Origin: Thermoplasmata archaeon
GTDB taxonomy: Archaea > Thermoplasmatota > Thermoplasmata > SG8-5
Length of the DNA stretch: 43,721 nucleotides
Reading direction: 5' to 3'
Assembly (NCBI GenBank): GCA_046485165.1
Contig: JAWOHM010000083.1
Span: forward strand, 1-43,721
Shown here: positions 26,202-34,321 of the stretch, one piece after another
Numbering within the stretch: position 1 is the stretch's first letter
Layout of the letters: each line of letters begins with the position of its first letter
The notes under the pieces: generated by a model
Database searches by the model: none
Seen by the model: only the letters and a program-made list of their open reading frames with translations
What the model was told of the DNA's origin: nothing
Program-made: the position numbers and the translations under genes

Positions 26202-27623
26202 ATGGCAAAGAAAAAACAGACACTTGAGGACAAGCTGGCCGCAAAGACAGAATCTTCATGGCTGGCAGTGGATAAGAAGACCGAGAAGGAGATTTATGAC
26301 TTCGCCGACGGATACATGAAGTTCCTGTCCGAGGCCAAGACAGAGCGCGAAGTGGTCACTTTCATTGAAAAGGCCGCAAAGAAGCACGGATTCAGGCCCA
26401 TAGAAAGTTACAAATCCCTGAAAGCCGGGGACAAGGTCATAATCACCCAGATGAAGAAGGTCGCAGCCCTCGCAATAATCGGCAAGGAACCCATCGAGAA
26501 GGGCATGAAGGTCGTGGGCAGCCACATTGACTCGCCCCGCCTTGACCTCAAGCAGAAGCCGCTCTACGAGGACACGGACGCCGACATGGCCCTGTTCAAG
26601 ACCCACTACTATGGCGGGATAAAGAAATACCAGTGGGTGAACGTTCCGCTGGCCCTGCACGGCGTCATCGTTCGTGCAGACGGCAAGATAATCGATGTCA
26701 ACATCGGCGAGGACGAAAACGACCCGATATTCGTCATAGGCGACCTGCTTCCGCACCTGGCCAGGAAGGTCCAGGGCGAGCGCAAGCTGTTCGAGGGCAT
26801 CACCGGTGAAGAGTTGCGCATAATCATCGGCAGCCGCCCGTCCAAGGACAAGGACACCAAGAACAAGTTCAAGCTCAACGTCCTGGAGATACTCAACAAG
26901 AAATACGGCATTGTGGAGGAGGACCTCATAAGCGCCGAGCTGCAGGCGGTTCCGGCCACCAAGTGCCGCGACATAGGTTTCGACCGCAGCCTCATCGGCG
27001 GCTACGGGCAGGATGACAGGGTGGACGCCTACGCATCGCTGATGGCCATCTGCAATATCCAGAATCCCAGCAAGACTGCTCTCGCCCTGTTCTTCGACAA
27101 GGAGGAGGTCGGCAGCATCGGCGCCACCGGCGCCCAGGGCGGGTTCTTCGAGTACTCGCTCGTCCAGATGATGGAGAGATTGGACCCCAAATTCCGGTTT
27201 GCCACTCTGAAGAAGGTGCTGGCCAACTCCCGGGCATTATCGGCCGACGTTGACGCTGGCGTGGATCCGATGTTCAAGACCGTTCACGAACTGGGCAATG
27301 CGGCCAAACTGGGGTGCGGCATAGGCATCTGCAAGTTCGGGGGCGCTGGCGGCAAGGGCGGCTCCAACGATGCCAATGCCGAGTTCCTGGGAGAAATCAG
27401 GCAACTCCTCAACGACAAGAAAATCCCATGGCAATACACGGAGCTGGGAAAGGTCGACGAGGGCGGCGGCGGAACTGTCGCCCGGTTCCTGTCTCAGCAC
27501 AACCTCCAGGTCATAGACTGCGGCCCGGCGCTGCTCAGCATGCATGCTCCATTCGAGATATCCAGCAAGGCCGATGTGTATTACACGTATCGTGCCTTCT
27601 TGGAGTTCCACAAAGCCAAGTAG
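26202..27623 (+). CDS. M18 family aminopeptidase (aspartyl aminopeptidase-like)
   Basis: GSHIDSPRLDLK, GGYGQDDRV, FDKEEVGS and LSMHAP match the M18 metal-ligand contexts. Length is 473 aa. Confidence 0.85.
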   Translation: MAKKKQTLEDKLAAKTESSWLAVDKKTEKEIYDFADGYMKFLSEAKTEREVVTFIEKAAKKHGFRPIESYKSLKAGDKVIITQMKKVAALAIIGKEPIEKGMKVVGSHIDSPRLDLKQKPLYEDTDADMALFKTHYYGGIKKYQWVNVPLALHGVIVRADGKIIDVNIGEDENDPIFVIGDLLPHLARKVQGERKLFEGITGEELRIIIGSRPSKDKDTKNKFKLNVLEILNKKYGIVEEDLISAELQAVPATKCRDIGFDRSLIGGYGQDDRVDAYASLMAICNIQNPSKTALALFFDKEEVGSIGATGAQGGFFEYSLVQMMERLDPKFRFATLKKVLANSRALSADVDAGVDPMFKTVHELGNAAKLGCGIGICKFGGAGGKGGSNDANAEFLGEIRQLLNDKKIPWQYTELGKVDEGGGGTVARFLSQHNLQVIDCGPALLSMHAPFEISSKADVYYTYRAFLEFHKAK

Positions 27624-27747
27624 AATCGCGGGTTGAACCGACAAGCGCAATCTCCCGTCAGAGGTTCGACCATGGCCCGTGAGCATATGGGTGCTGAATG
27701 GAGGGGCCATGAATTCCCAGCATATTATTGCAAAACATATGATTGCA

Positions 27748-27941
27748 GCATGCCCCGCCTGTGAGGGCGGGGTTTTGAATTATTTTTGTATCAAGTGCGA
27801 ATGTCCCTTCATTCTGGAGCATTCTGTTGCTCTGTTTTGGAAAACCCCCGCTGTGAGGCGGGGGATGTCGGGTACTCGCCCCGCATCTCGCGAGCGGGGC
27901 GAAACTCATTACGCGGATCTGGCACTGTTGCTATTCTCTCT
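27748..27941 (+). repeat. Copy B of the hairpin-rich noncoding element (uninterrupted form)
   Basis: See copy A. It contains three GC hairpins: CCCCGCC-TGTGAG-GGCGGGG, CCCCCGC-TGTGAG-GCGGGGG and CGCCCCGC-N9-GCGGGGCG. Confidence 0.8.
27753..27787 (+). terminator. Hairpin plus T-tract downstream of the M18 peptidase gene
   Basis: CCCCGCC-tgtgag-GGCGGGG is followed by TTTTgaattaTTTTT. It forms the 5' end of repeat copy B. Confidence 0.6.
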
Positions 27942-27963
27942 AACTTTTGTGGAAGCACGGGCA

Positions 27964-28244
27964 TCTAGCCGGTGTCGGGGCCGAGAACCGGGTTTAACGT
28001 CGAAGCCTGCTCGAAAATCGAAATGGTTGACCGGTGCCAGGACCAAGAACCGGGTTGAACATCGATTTAAACACCTCCCCGCCCTCACAGGCGAGGCTTC
28101 CTAAGGATGAGCTCAATTGTCACCAACCGGGTTCCGGAAACCCGGTCACAACCCCGCGCTTACACGCGGGGCATGATTAAGTTGAACGGGTGCCGGACCC
28201 ATGGACCGGGAAGGGGAGGTGTGGCGCTGACAGGTCCGCCTAGA
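27964..28244. repeat. GC-rich 280-nt noncoding block with repeated 35-nt hairpin modules, a candidate structured RNA
   Basis: R1 is CCGGTGTCGGGGCCGAGAACCGGGTTTAACGTCGA (27969-28003). R2 is CCGGTGCCAGGACCAAGAACCGGGTTGAACATCGA (28031-28065), and 29 of 35 positions are identical. A degenerate third copy lies at about 28181-28215. Extra hairpins include CCGGGTT-ccgga-AACCCGG, CCCCGCG-cttaca-CGCGGGG and an inverted copy of the TGTGAG hairpin at about 28077-28096. The ends are complementary: TCTAGCCGG 27964-27972 with CCGCCTAGA 28236-28244 (8 of 9). Confidence 0.6.
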
Positions 28245-28321
28245 CCGGATATGCATGTATTTTCATGACACCGAAGGTTTTAACTACTTGTTTAAACATA
28301 CGGTATTCACAGGGAACATGA

Positions 28322-28597
28322 ATGTTCAATCTGAGGTACGAGGGCAAGCTGTGCGTTCCCAGCCATGACGCGCTCAAGGATATGGCCAGGCACGATGTTC
28401 CACCCCGGTTGGTGGAAGTCATGATACTGGATGGCCAGGACTATGAGGACAGGATGATGGCCAAGGGCGAGATCGGGCGGATGGTAAGAAAGGACGGCTT
28501 CATAATATTCGCGAAGCTCGTGCCCAGTTGCTCCCGCTGGGATGGCGAGGAGGTATGGCTGATCAAACACATAGGAAAAAGGAGGTGCAAGAGATGA
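28322..28597 (+). CDS. Small DUF4258-like protein (putative toxin of a TA-like pair)
   Basis: This 91-aa protein has SHDALKDMARHDVPPRLVEVMILDG, which resembles the HA..RM..R.I....V motif of DUF4258. Its stop overlaps the next start (ATGA). The family assignment is by eye only. Confidence 0.45.
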   Translation: MFNLRYEGKLCVPSHDALKDMARHDVPPRLVEVMILDGQDYEDRMMAKGEIGRMVRKDGFIIFAKLVPSCSRWDGEEVWLIKHIGKRRCKR

Positions 28598-28917
28598 CCA
28601 AGAAAAGATTGGAGGAAAAATCGCTAGTATGCCCCGAATGCGGCGGGGACGCGAAGCCCATGATGATAAACGTGAGTGGCCTGGGCGTCACCGGTTGGAG
28701 ATGCCGATGCGGCTACGAAATGCTGCATCCCGAAGAGCTGGAGAAGGCCTATATGTATCTCCAGGCGCAGAAGCGGGAGAAGGTCAAGATATCAAAGCGC
28801 GGCAACTCCTACATGATAACCATACCCAAAGCCATAGCGGATGCCATTGGCGCTGACGAACTGGACTTTGCCGAGGTGTTTCTGAAGGACAGGAAGACGA
28901 TTGTGGTGGAGGTTTGA
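28594..28917 (+). CDS. Zn-ribbon plus AbrB/MazE/SpoVT-type DNA-binding protein (putative antitoxin)
   Basis: MTKKRLEEKSLVCPECGG...CRCG forms a Zn ribbon. KISKRGNSYMITIPKAIADAIG then matches the swapped-hairpin AbrB motif. The track ORF starts at 28528, but the coupled ATG 28594 is preferred. Confidence 0.6.
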   Translation: MTKKRLEEKSLVCPECGGDAKPMMINVSGLGVTGWRCRCGYEMLHPEELEKAYMYLQAQKREKVKISKRGNSYMITIPKAIADAIGADELDFAEVFLKDRKTIVVEV

Positions 28918-28927
28918 ATTCGGTATC

Positions 28928-30115
28928 TTATAAAAGATCCTCGAACTCCTTCACCAGCTCCGGATGCTTCTCCTTGATGGCCTTCAGTATGTTGATGACC
29001 GAGATGTTATTCATGCCGACTTCCGTCAGCAGGCCGATGAGCTTGTCGAATGTCTCATCTGAAAGCGTGACGCATTTCTCCTTCGCCATCCAGTTCCGGA
29101 ACAGCTTCTCCTCGATCTCCGCCCTCCAGGCTTTCTCGTACTTCTGGAAGAACTCCTTGGAGCAATCCCCGATTTTGATTGCTTCGGCAGCCACTTTGCC
29201 CGCCTCTCTGCCGGAAATGCAGGCATGGGCTATCCCGCCCCCCGTCATGGGGTCTATCATTCTGGCAGCATCGCCAACGAGCATCATGTTGTCGCAGACC
29301 ACGCTGTCAAGCGGGGCGTTTATGGAGCACCCGCCGGCGACCATGTCCAGTTGCACCGCGTTCTTCATGCCCGGCTGCTTGGCAATCCACCGGTCCAGGC
29401 ACTCCTTGGGCTGGCCTCCGTGCTTGACCATATGCGCACCCATGCCTATTCCGACATTTGCGGTATTGTTGTTCTTGGGGAACACCCAGATGTACCCGCC
29501 GGGCGCGTCGCTGCCCGCGTAGAATTCCGTGTATTTCGGGTCAATCTTGATATTTGTGAGCCTGTACTGGACGCATGTCATGATGTCGCTCAGTGCCAAG
29601 TTGGTGTCTATGCCAGCCCATCTGCCGACCTGCGATTCGTAACCATCCGCTCCGATGATTATCTTGCACCTGACCTCTTTCGGCTCGCCTTTCTGGATGA
29701 GCTTCAGCCCGACAATCTTGCCGTTCTCTTTTATGATCCCGGTGGCGGAAGTCTTGACCTCTATTTGCGCACCAGCCTGGCCGGCCAGTGCGGCAAGCGC
29801 CCTGTCGAACATGTCCCTTTCTATGACATAGCCCACTTCATTGCCCGCCCTGGCCTCGTCTACCTCGAAGGTTTTTCCCCCGGGCGATATTATCCTGGCG
29901 CCGTCCATCTCGGCCGCAATCCATTTTCTGTCGACGGGTATCTCAGCTTGCTTGAGCAATTCCCTGGCCAGTCCTTCGCCGCATCTCACATGCGTGCCTA
30001 TCTCCTGGCGCTTCTCGATGAGCAGGGTCTTAGCCCCGCCCATCGCCGCGAACCTGGCGGCCGTGCTTCCGCCGGGCCCGGCCCCGACAACAACCACATC
30101 GTATTCAGCGTCCAT
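28928..30115 (-). CDS. Geranylgeranyl reductase family flavoprotein (digeranylgeranylglycerophospholipid reductase-like)
   Basis: The FAD-binding YDVVVVGAGPGGSTAA, RCGEG, IIGADG and LVGDAA motifs are present. Length is 395 aa. It is the last gene of the radical SAM-ferredoxin operon. Confidence 0.85.
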   Translation of the reverse strand: MDAEYDVVVVGAGPGGSTAARFAAMGGAKTLLIEKRQEIGTHVRCGEGLARELLKQAEIPVDRKWIAAEMDGARIISPGGKTFEVDEARAGNEVGYVIERDMFDRALAALAGQAGAQIEVKTSATGIIKENGKIVGLKLIQKGEPKEVRCKIIIGADGYESQVGRWAGIDTNLALSDIMTCVQYRLTNIKIDPKYTEFYAGSDAPGGYIWVFPKNNNTANVGIGMGAHMVKHGGQPKECLDRWIAKQPGMKNAVQLDMVAGGCSINAPLDSVVCDNMMLVGDAARMIDPMTGGGIAHACISGREAGKVAAEAIKIGDCSKEFFQKYEKAWRAEIEEKLFRNWMAKEKCVTLSDETFDKLIGLLTEVGMNNISVINILKAIKEKHPELVKEFEDLL

Positions 30116-30116
30116 C

Positions 30117-30290
30117 TCACTTCCTCCCCGGCGTCAGTGCCCCCACGGGGCATATCCTGGAGCACAGGCCGCATTCAACGCAATCCTCGTTGAACTCCAG
30201 CCTCACCTCGTTCAGGAATATCGCATTCTTCGGGCATGAGCCCACGCACAATCCGCAGTGCAGGCATTTGTTGACGTTCTCCGTGGGCAC
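30117..30290 (-). CDS. 2x[4Fe-4S] ferredoxin, 57 aa (not in the ORF track)
   Basis: My own translation gives (GTG)VPTENVNKCLHCGLCVGSCPKNAIFLNEVRLEFNEDCVECGLCSRICPVGALTPGRK. There are two CxxCxxCxxxCP motifs. The GTG start is 2 nt after the upstream stop, and the TGA stop is 1 nt before the GGR ATG. Confidence 0.8.
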   Translation of the reverse strand: MPTENVNKCLHCGLCVGSCPKNAIFLNEVRLEFNEDCVECGLCSRICPVGALTPGRK

Positions 30291-30292
30291 GT

Positions 30293-31870
30293 CTATCCCT
30301 CCACTTCACCTTCCGGGTGCGAGTTGGGTCCGTACCTCTTCCTGTATTCGTCGAATGTCATGGAGAATTTCTTCTCCACCTGCTTCCTGTATTCAGGCCC
30401 GGTGTTGTAGGCGCAGAACGGTATGAGCCTTCCATCTGGTACCACATAATGGATGACACACCGCCTGACCCTTTCAATGTCGTAATTGTAGAGGTCCTGG
30501 AAGTGCATCCCGCCGACCATTATGAGACCCCAAGATATATCTGCTGTAGCCTTCTTGTCAGTGGTCGAGAACACCCCCTCCAGCTGCCTCAGGAACTTGT
30601 TGACGCTCAAGCCCTTCGGGGCAAATTCCTTCTTGAAATGTTTTCTTATCAGCCCGTAGGCCTTTATCAGCGCAGCGGACTTGATGGTCTTATCCTCTGT
30701 CTCGGCTGCCAATTTCTTAAGGTCCCTGAACAGCCCTTCCGCGTCAAGGAACCTGGTTATGGGTATTGCAACGCCATCCTCTCCAACATAAAGGTAGGTG
30801 GCCAGGCCACAGTGCGGGTGCGAGGTGAATGCGATTTGAGGAACGCCCTTCAGAACCGAGAGAAACTCGGATATCGGCGTGACGACCGGCACAGGGAACC
30901 AATCCTCTCTCTTGATGTAATTCGTCTGCTCATCGAGATATTTGACCATGTCCGGAAGCGTGAACCTCCCCCTTTCCCTTTCTTCATTATCGATACGGCC
31001 GGAGAAGGACACTGGCTGGAAGTTCACGCCGCGCACCGCATCGCGGTTCTCGATGGCGAATTGCATTATCTCGCCCATCTGGTCCTCGTTCATCCCCTTC
31101 ATCATTGTTGGCACAAGGACGACTGAGAGTTTGGGTTTGCAATCCTTGCAGGACTGTATCGCCTTCTTCTTGATATCCAGCATCGGGCGGCCCCTGGCTT
31201 GTATGTAATTCTCTTCCCTCAGCCCATCGAACTGCAGGTAAACAGTGTGGAGGCCCGCATCCACCATCCTCTGGGTGAATGTCGGGTCGGTGGCCATCTT
31301 TATTCCATTGGTTGCCACCTGTATCTGGGCGAATCCCAATTCTTTTGCTTTGGCTATGGCCTCGAAGAATTGCGGGTATATCGTCGGCTCGCCGCCCGCG
31401 AACTGGACGACGGTGCATGCCACGGGGCGCTCAGCTCTGAGGGTCTCCAGCATCTTGGTGACCTCCTCGAAAGTTGGCTCATAAACATATCCCGCATCAT
31501 TGGCATTGGCAAAGCAGATGGGGCATCTCAGATTGCACCTGTTCGTGAGGTCTAGATTGGCCAGTGAGGTTCCGCTCAGATGGGCTTTGCACAGCCCGCA
31601 GTCATCCGGGCAGCCATTTTTGACTGGAACGGCCGGATTGTCCACCCCTATTCCGTCCACGGCCCATGTCTCGGCCATTTTATAGAGCCCGACATCGGAC
31701 CAGTAGATGTCCTTGAAGTCGCCATGTTCCTTGCAGGTCTTTTTGATCATGACCTTGCCGTCCTCCTCATAAATATCCGCCTGGATTCTGGCCTTGCACT
31801 CCGGGCACAAGCTTCCTGTCTTCTTCGGCAATTCCAGTTTCAGGGCGGTTTCCTTGATGACCATCGACAT
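30293..31870 (-). CDS. Radical SAM enzyme resembling tetraether lipid synthase (Tes / GDGT-MAS family)
   Basis: The N-terminal CPEC...CKEH is a rubredoxin-like site. The radical SAM motif is NRCNLRCPICF. Length is about 525 aa from ATG 31870. The track ORF extends to 32002, which would overlap the trmB promoter. It is co-operonic with ferredoxin and GGR. Tes assignment is by family resemblance, not proven. Confidence 0.7.
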   Translation of the reverse strand: MSMVIKETALKLELPKKTGSLCPECKARIQADIYEEDGKVMIKKTCKEHGDFKDIYWSDVGLYKMAETWAVDGIGVDNPAVPVKNGCPDDCGLCKAHLSGTSLANLDLTNRCNLRCPICFANANDAGYVYEPTFEEVTKMLETLRAERPVACTVVQFAGGEPTIYPQFFEAIAKAKELGFAQIQVATNGIKMATDPTFTQRMVDAGLHTVYLQFDGLREENYIQARGRPMLDIKKKAIQSCKDCKPKLSVVLVPTMMKGMNEDQMGEIMQFAIENRDAVRGVNFQPVSFSGRIDNEERERGRFTLPDMVKYLDEQTNYIKREDWFPVPVVTPISEFLSVLKGVPQIAFTSHPHCGLATYLYVGEDGVAIPITRFLDAEGLFRDLKKLAAETEDKTIKSAALIKAYGLIRKHFKKEFAPKGLSVNKFLRQLEGVFSTTDKKATADISWGLIMVGGMHFQDLYNYDIERVRRCVIHYVVPDGRLIPFCAYNTGPEYRKQVEKKFSMTFDEYRKRYGPNSHPEGEVEG

Positions 31871-31911
31871 AATATCACTGAACACGCGCATGCATGACAA
31901 AGACTTAAATG

Positions 31912-31936
31912 TTTTGTAGTTATACCCACTACAAAA
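31912..31936. promoter_or_regulatory. Perfect 9-bp inverted repeat (TTTTGTAGT-N7-ACTACAAAA) in the tes/trmB divergent promoter
   Basis: Read directly. The spacer tataccc, together with flanking T, forms a TATA-like ttatac. It ends 5 nt before the trmB ATG (31941) and lies about 42 nt upstream of the tes ATG on the other strand. Confidence 0.6.
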
Positions 31937-31940
31937 GGTG

Positions 31941-32678
31941 ATGCATTTGGAAATAGAGGAACTAGCTGGAATGGACATGGGGACGTTGCTTGAGAGATAC
32001 AAGAAGGTTCGAGATGACCTTGCTCTGCTGGATTTTTCGGAATATGAGACGAGGGCTTACATCGCGCTGGTGGCGCTTCAGCTGAGCGACGCCGAGACCA
32101 TCGCCATGACCGCACAGGTGCCCAGGACCTCCATGTACAAAGTCCTCGAGGGCCTGGTGAAGAAGGGCTATGTCACCGAGACCCAGGGCCGCCCGAGGCA
32201 GTACGCGCCGGAACCCCCGTTGGTGCTCAAGGAAAGGCTGTTCTCCAGATTGGGCGAGACCTTTGAGGACCTAGAGTCCATTCATGGTATATTGCGGGAG
32301 AAAGGCATGCCGCAGATTATCTACACTATCACGGGAAAGGAGAAGGTGCTGAACAAGATGAGCGAATTCTTGGGCATGGCCAAGCAGAGGATAATGATAT
32401 CCACGTCCAACGCCGGATTGCTGAGGGACCACCTTGAGAAGAGATTCTTGGATGCCAGGAACCGGGGGGTCGAGATATCCGTCATCGCCCTCCCGGGCCA
32501 GAAGTTCATTCCCGGCATCAGCATCATGCGGCGCTCAGGGCTCATAGCCACCGACATGGTGGTGGACAGCAGGAATGCCCTCATCGCAGGGGCCAACCTC
32601 GACGTCTGCGGGTTCACGGACAATGTCGTTCTGGCGCAGCACCTGGAAGGGTTCCTTGCAATGATGATGCAAACTTAA
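31941..32678 (+). CDS. TrmB family transcriptional regulator
   Basis: The N-terminal wHTH FSEYETRAYIALVALQLSDAETIAMTAQVPRTSMYKVLEGLVKKGYV..QGRP is typical of TrmB. The track start is GTG 31938. Confidence 0.8.
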   Translation: MHLEIEELAGMDMGTLLERYKKVRDDLALLDFSEYETRAYIALVALQLSDAETIAMTAQVPRTSMYKVLEGLVKKGYVTETQGRPRQYAPEPPLVLKERLFSRLGETFEDLESIHGILREKGMPQIIYTITGKEKVLNKMSEFLGMAKQRIMISTSNAGLLRDHLEKRFLDARNRGVEISVIALPGQKFIPGISIMRRSGLIATDMVVDSRNALIAGANLDVCGFTDNVVLAQHLEGFLAMMMQT

Positions 32679-32729
32679 TAACCCGGAGGGCAATCTCATG
32701 CGCATGGAGATAATTTATCCGGGGTGCTG

Positions 32730-34094
32730 ATGATGGCCGGGGAATATTGCGGCGTCATCGCCGCGGCCGGCGGCGAGGTGAACCTCATACTCTACAATGG
32801 TCTCTGGATAATCCAGCATCGCGGCCAGGAATCCGCAGGCATCGCCACTTTCACTGACCGCCTCCTTCTCAAGAAGGGCTCGGGCCTTATTCATGAGGCA
32901 ATATCGCCCCGGGATGTCGAAGCGCTCTCGGCCACCAGAGGCATCGGCCATGTGCGATACTCGACCCTTGGCGGCCAGGACAGGGAATGCCAGCAGCCCA
33001 TGACGGTTCGTGCGAGGTTCGGTGAGATGGCCCTCGCTCACAACGGCGAGATAGTGAACTCCTCCATGCTGAGGGAGGGGCTCTTCTCCGGCGGCTGGGG
33101 TTTCGTCACCGACTCCGATTCCGAGGTCATACTTCGCCTTTTATCGGTCAAAATGGCATCCACGGGGGACATAGTATCCGGCATCCGGGAGGCCATGAAG
33201 GAACTCGTGGGCTCATACTCGTTGGCCCTGATGGTCGGCCCCAGGGTATTCGCCGTCAGGGACCCGCTGGCCATACGCCCGTTGTGCCTCGGGCGTGTCG
33301 GCGATGTGCACTGTGCGGCTTCTGAGAGCGTCGCCTTCGACTCCCTGGGGGGCGAGTTCATCCGGGACCTGCTCCCGGGCGAGATAGTCGAGCTCACGGA
33401 CAAGGGCTTCGTGACCCATTCCCAGATATGCGAACCCCCAACCGCGCACTGCATGTTCGAGTGGGTTTATTTCTCAAGGCCAGACAGTTACGTGGATGGA
33501 AAACTGGTGTACGATGTACGCAGGAAGATGGGGATAAGGCTAGCCCAGGAATCGCCCGTGGAAGCAGATTTTGTCGTCCCGATTCCGGACTCCGGCAGGG
33601 CGCTGGCCATCGGATACAGCGAGGCATCCGGCATCCCGCATGCCGAAGGCTTGATAAAGAACAGATATGTGCAGCGCACCTTCATCATGCCCGACCAGAA
33701 GGACCGCATCAGCAGCATGGCACTGAAACTCAACCCGCTGAAGCCAGTCGTCGATGGAAAACGCATAATCCTGGTGGACGATAGCATAGTCAGGGGGACC
33801 ACCATGAAGCAGATAATCAAGATTGTCAGGAAAGCCGGTGCCAGGGAGGTCCATCTCAGGATCGGCTGCCCGCCGATAGTATCCCCCTGCTACCTGGGCG
33901 TGGACATGAAGGAGAAGAAGGATTTCGTCGCACATGGCCGCGACATCGGGGCCATCCGCGAATATCTGGGTGCCGACTCCCTCGCCTACGCATCCATGGA
34001 CAATCTGCTGGCATCGATTGGAAAAAACAGAAACGAGCTATGTCTGGGGTGCATCACCGGGGAATACCCGCTGCCGGTTCCTGATGGGGAATAG
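32730..34094 (+). CDS. purF: Amidophosphoribosyltransferase
   Basis: A short propeptide precedes the Ntn Cys (MMAGEY-CGVIAA). RGQESAGIA and the PRPP loop IILVDDSIVRGTT are present. The exact start is ambiguous (GTG 32724, ATG 32730 or ATG 32733). Confidence 0.9.
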   Translation: MMAGEYCGVIAAAGGEVNLILYNGLWIIQHRGQESAGIATFTDRLLLKKGSGLIHEAISPRDVEALSATRGIGHVRYSTLGGQDRECQQPMTVRARFGEMALAHNGEIVNSSMLREGLFSGGWGFVTDSDSEVILRLLSVKMASTGDIVSGIREAMKELVGSYSLALMVGPRVFAVRDPLAIRPLCLGRVGDVHCAASESVAFDSLGGEFIRDLLPGEIVELTDKGFVTHSQICEPPTAHCMFEWVYFSRPDSYVDGKLVYDVRRKMGIRLAQESPVEADFVVPIPDSGRALAIGYSEASGIPHAEGLIKNRYVQRTFIMPDQKDRISSMALKLNPLKPVVDGKRIILVDDSIVRGTTMKQIIKIVRKAGAREVHLRIGCPPIVSPCYLGVDMKEKKDFVAHGRDIGAIREYLGADSLAYASMDNLLASIGKNRNELCLGCITGEYPLPVPDGE

Positions 34095-34100
34095 GGACTC

Positions 34101-34257
34101 GGGATGCGGGAAAAGGAAAACGTACGAAATGGATGTTTCTCCATCCATTGAATCCGTCGCCGCTTCCCGATACTTCAACAATCAATCAAATTCCCGCTTC
34201 CCTCCGTACGAATCCCGCTTCCCGCAATTACAATAGCCAAACAGATTCCCGCTTCCC
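34101..34257. promoter_or_regulatory. Array of a 12-bp motif TYCCCGCTTCCC (4 direct copies plus 1 inverted) upstream of argF
   Basis: Direct copies: tcgCCGCTTCCC 34157-34168, TTCCCGCTTCCC 34191-34202, ATCCCGCTTCCC 34212-34223 and TTCCCGCTTCCC 34246-34257. The inverted copy is GGGATGCGGGAA 34101-34112. Start-to-start spacing is 34, 21 and 34 bp. Confidence 0.7.
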
Positions 34258-34321
34258 CCATAAAGCAGATGACAACAAGATATTTCTACTAATTCCATTA
34301 TGGGCAGGATAAGGTGACACC

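Noticed and set aside
25948-26319. 123-aa ORF bridging tmk and the M18 peptidase gene
   Set aside because: It overlaps the well-supported peptidase start in another frame. The Cys/Arg/Trp-rich product has no motifs. The region more plausibly holds the peptidase promoter (ttctttatacatcc).
27969-28065. Possible mini-CRISPR array (35-nt repeats with a 62-nt period), and the I-E-like look of CGCCCCGC-N9-GCGGGGCG-AAAC
   Set aside because: There are only two good copies at about 83% identity, the further copies are degenerate and irregularly spaced, and no cas genes are nearby. CRISPR repeats are normally near-identical.
27964-28244. SRP (7S) RNA or RNase P RNA. Cues included complementary ends containing CTAG, GGACCGGGAAGGGGAGG resembling helix 8, and GAGGAAAGG in copy A resembling CR-I.
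   Set aside because: I could not build a GNAR-closed helix 8 in the right position. The helix 8-like string sits at the extreme 3' end. The GAGGAAAG string is absent from copy B, and no CR-IV or CR-V partners were seen. This is unresolved rather than excluded, and a covariance-model scan would settle it.
29225-31126. Plus-strand ORFs 29225..30193 (322 aa) and 30317..31126 (269 aa)
   Set aside because: They are antisense to GGR and to the radical SAM gene, both well supported. They are typical GC-rich shadow ORFs.
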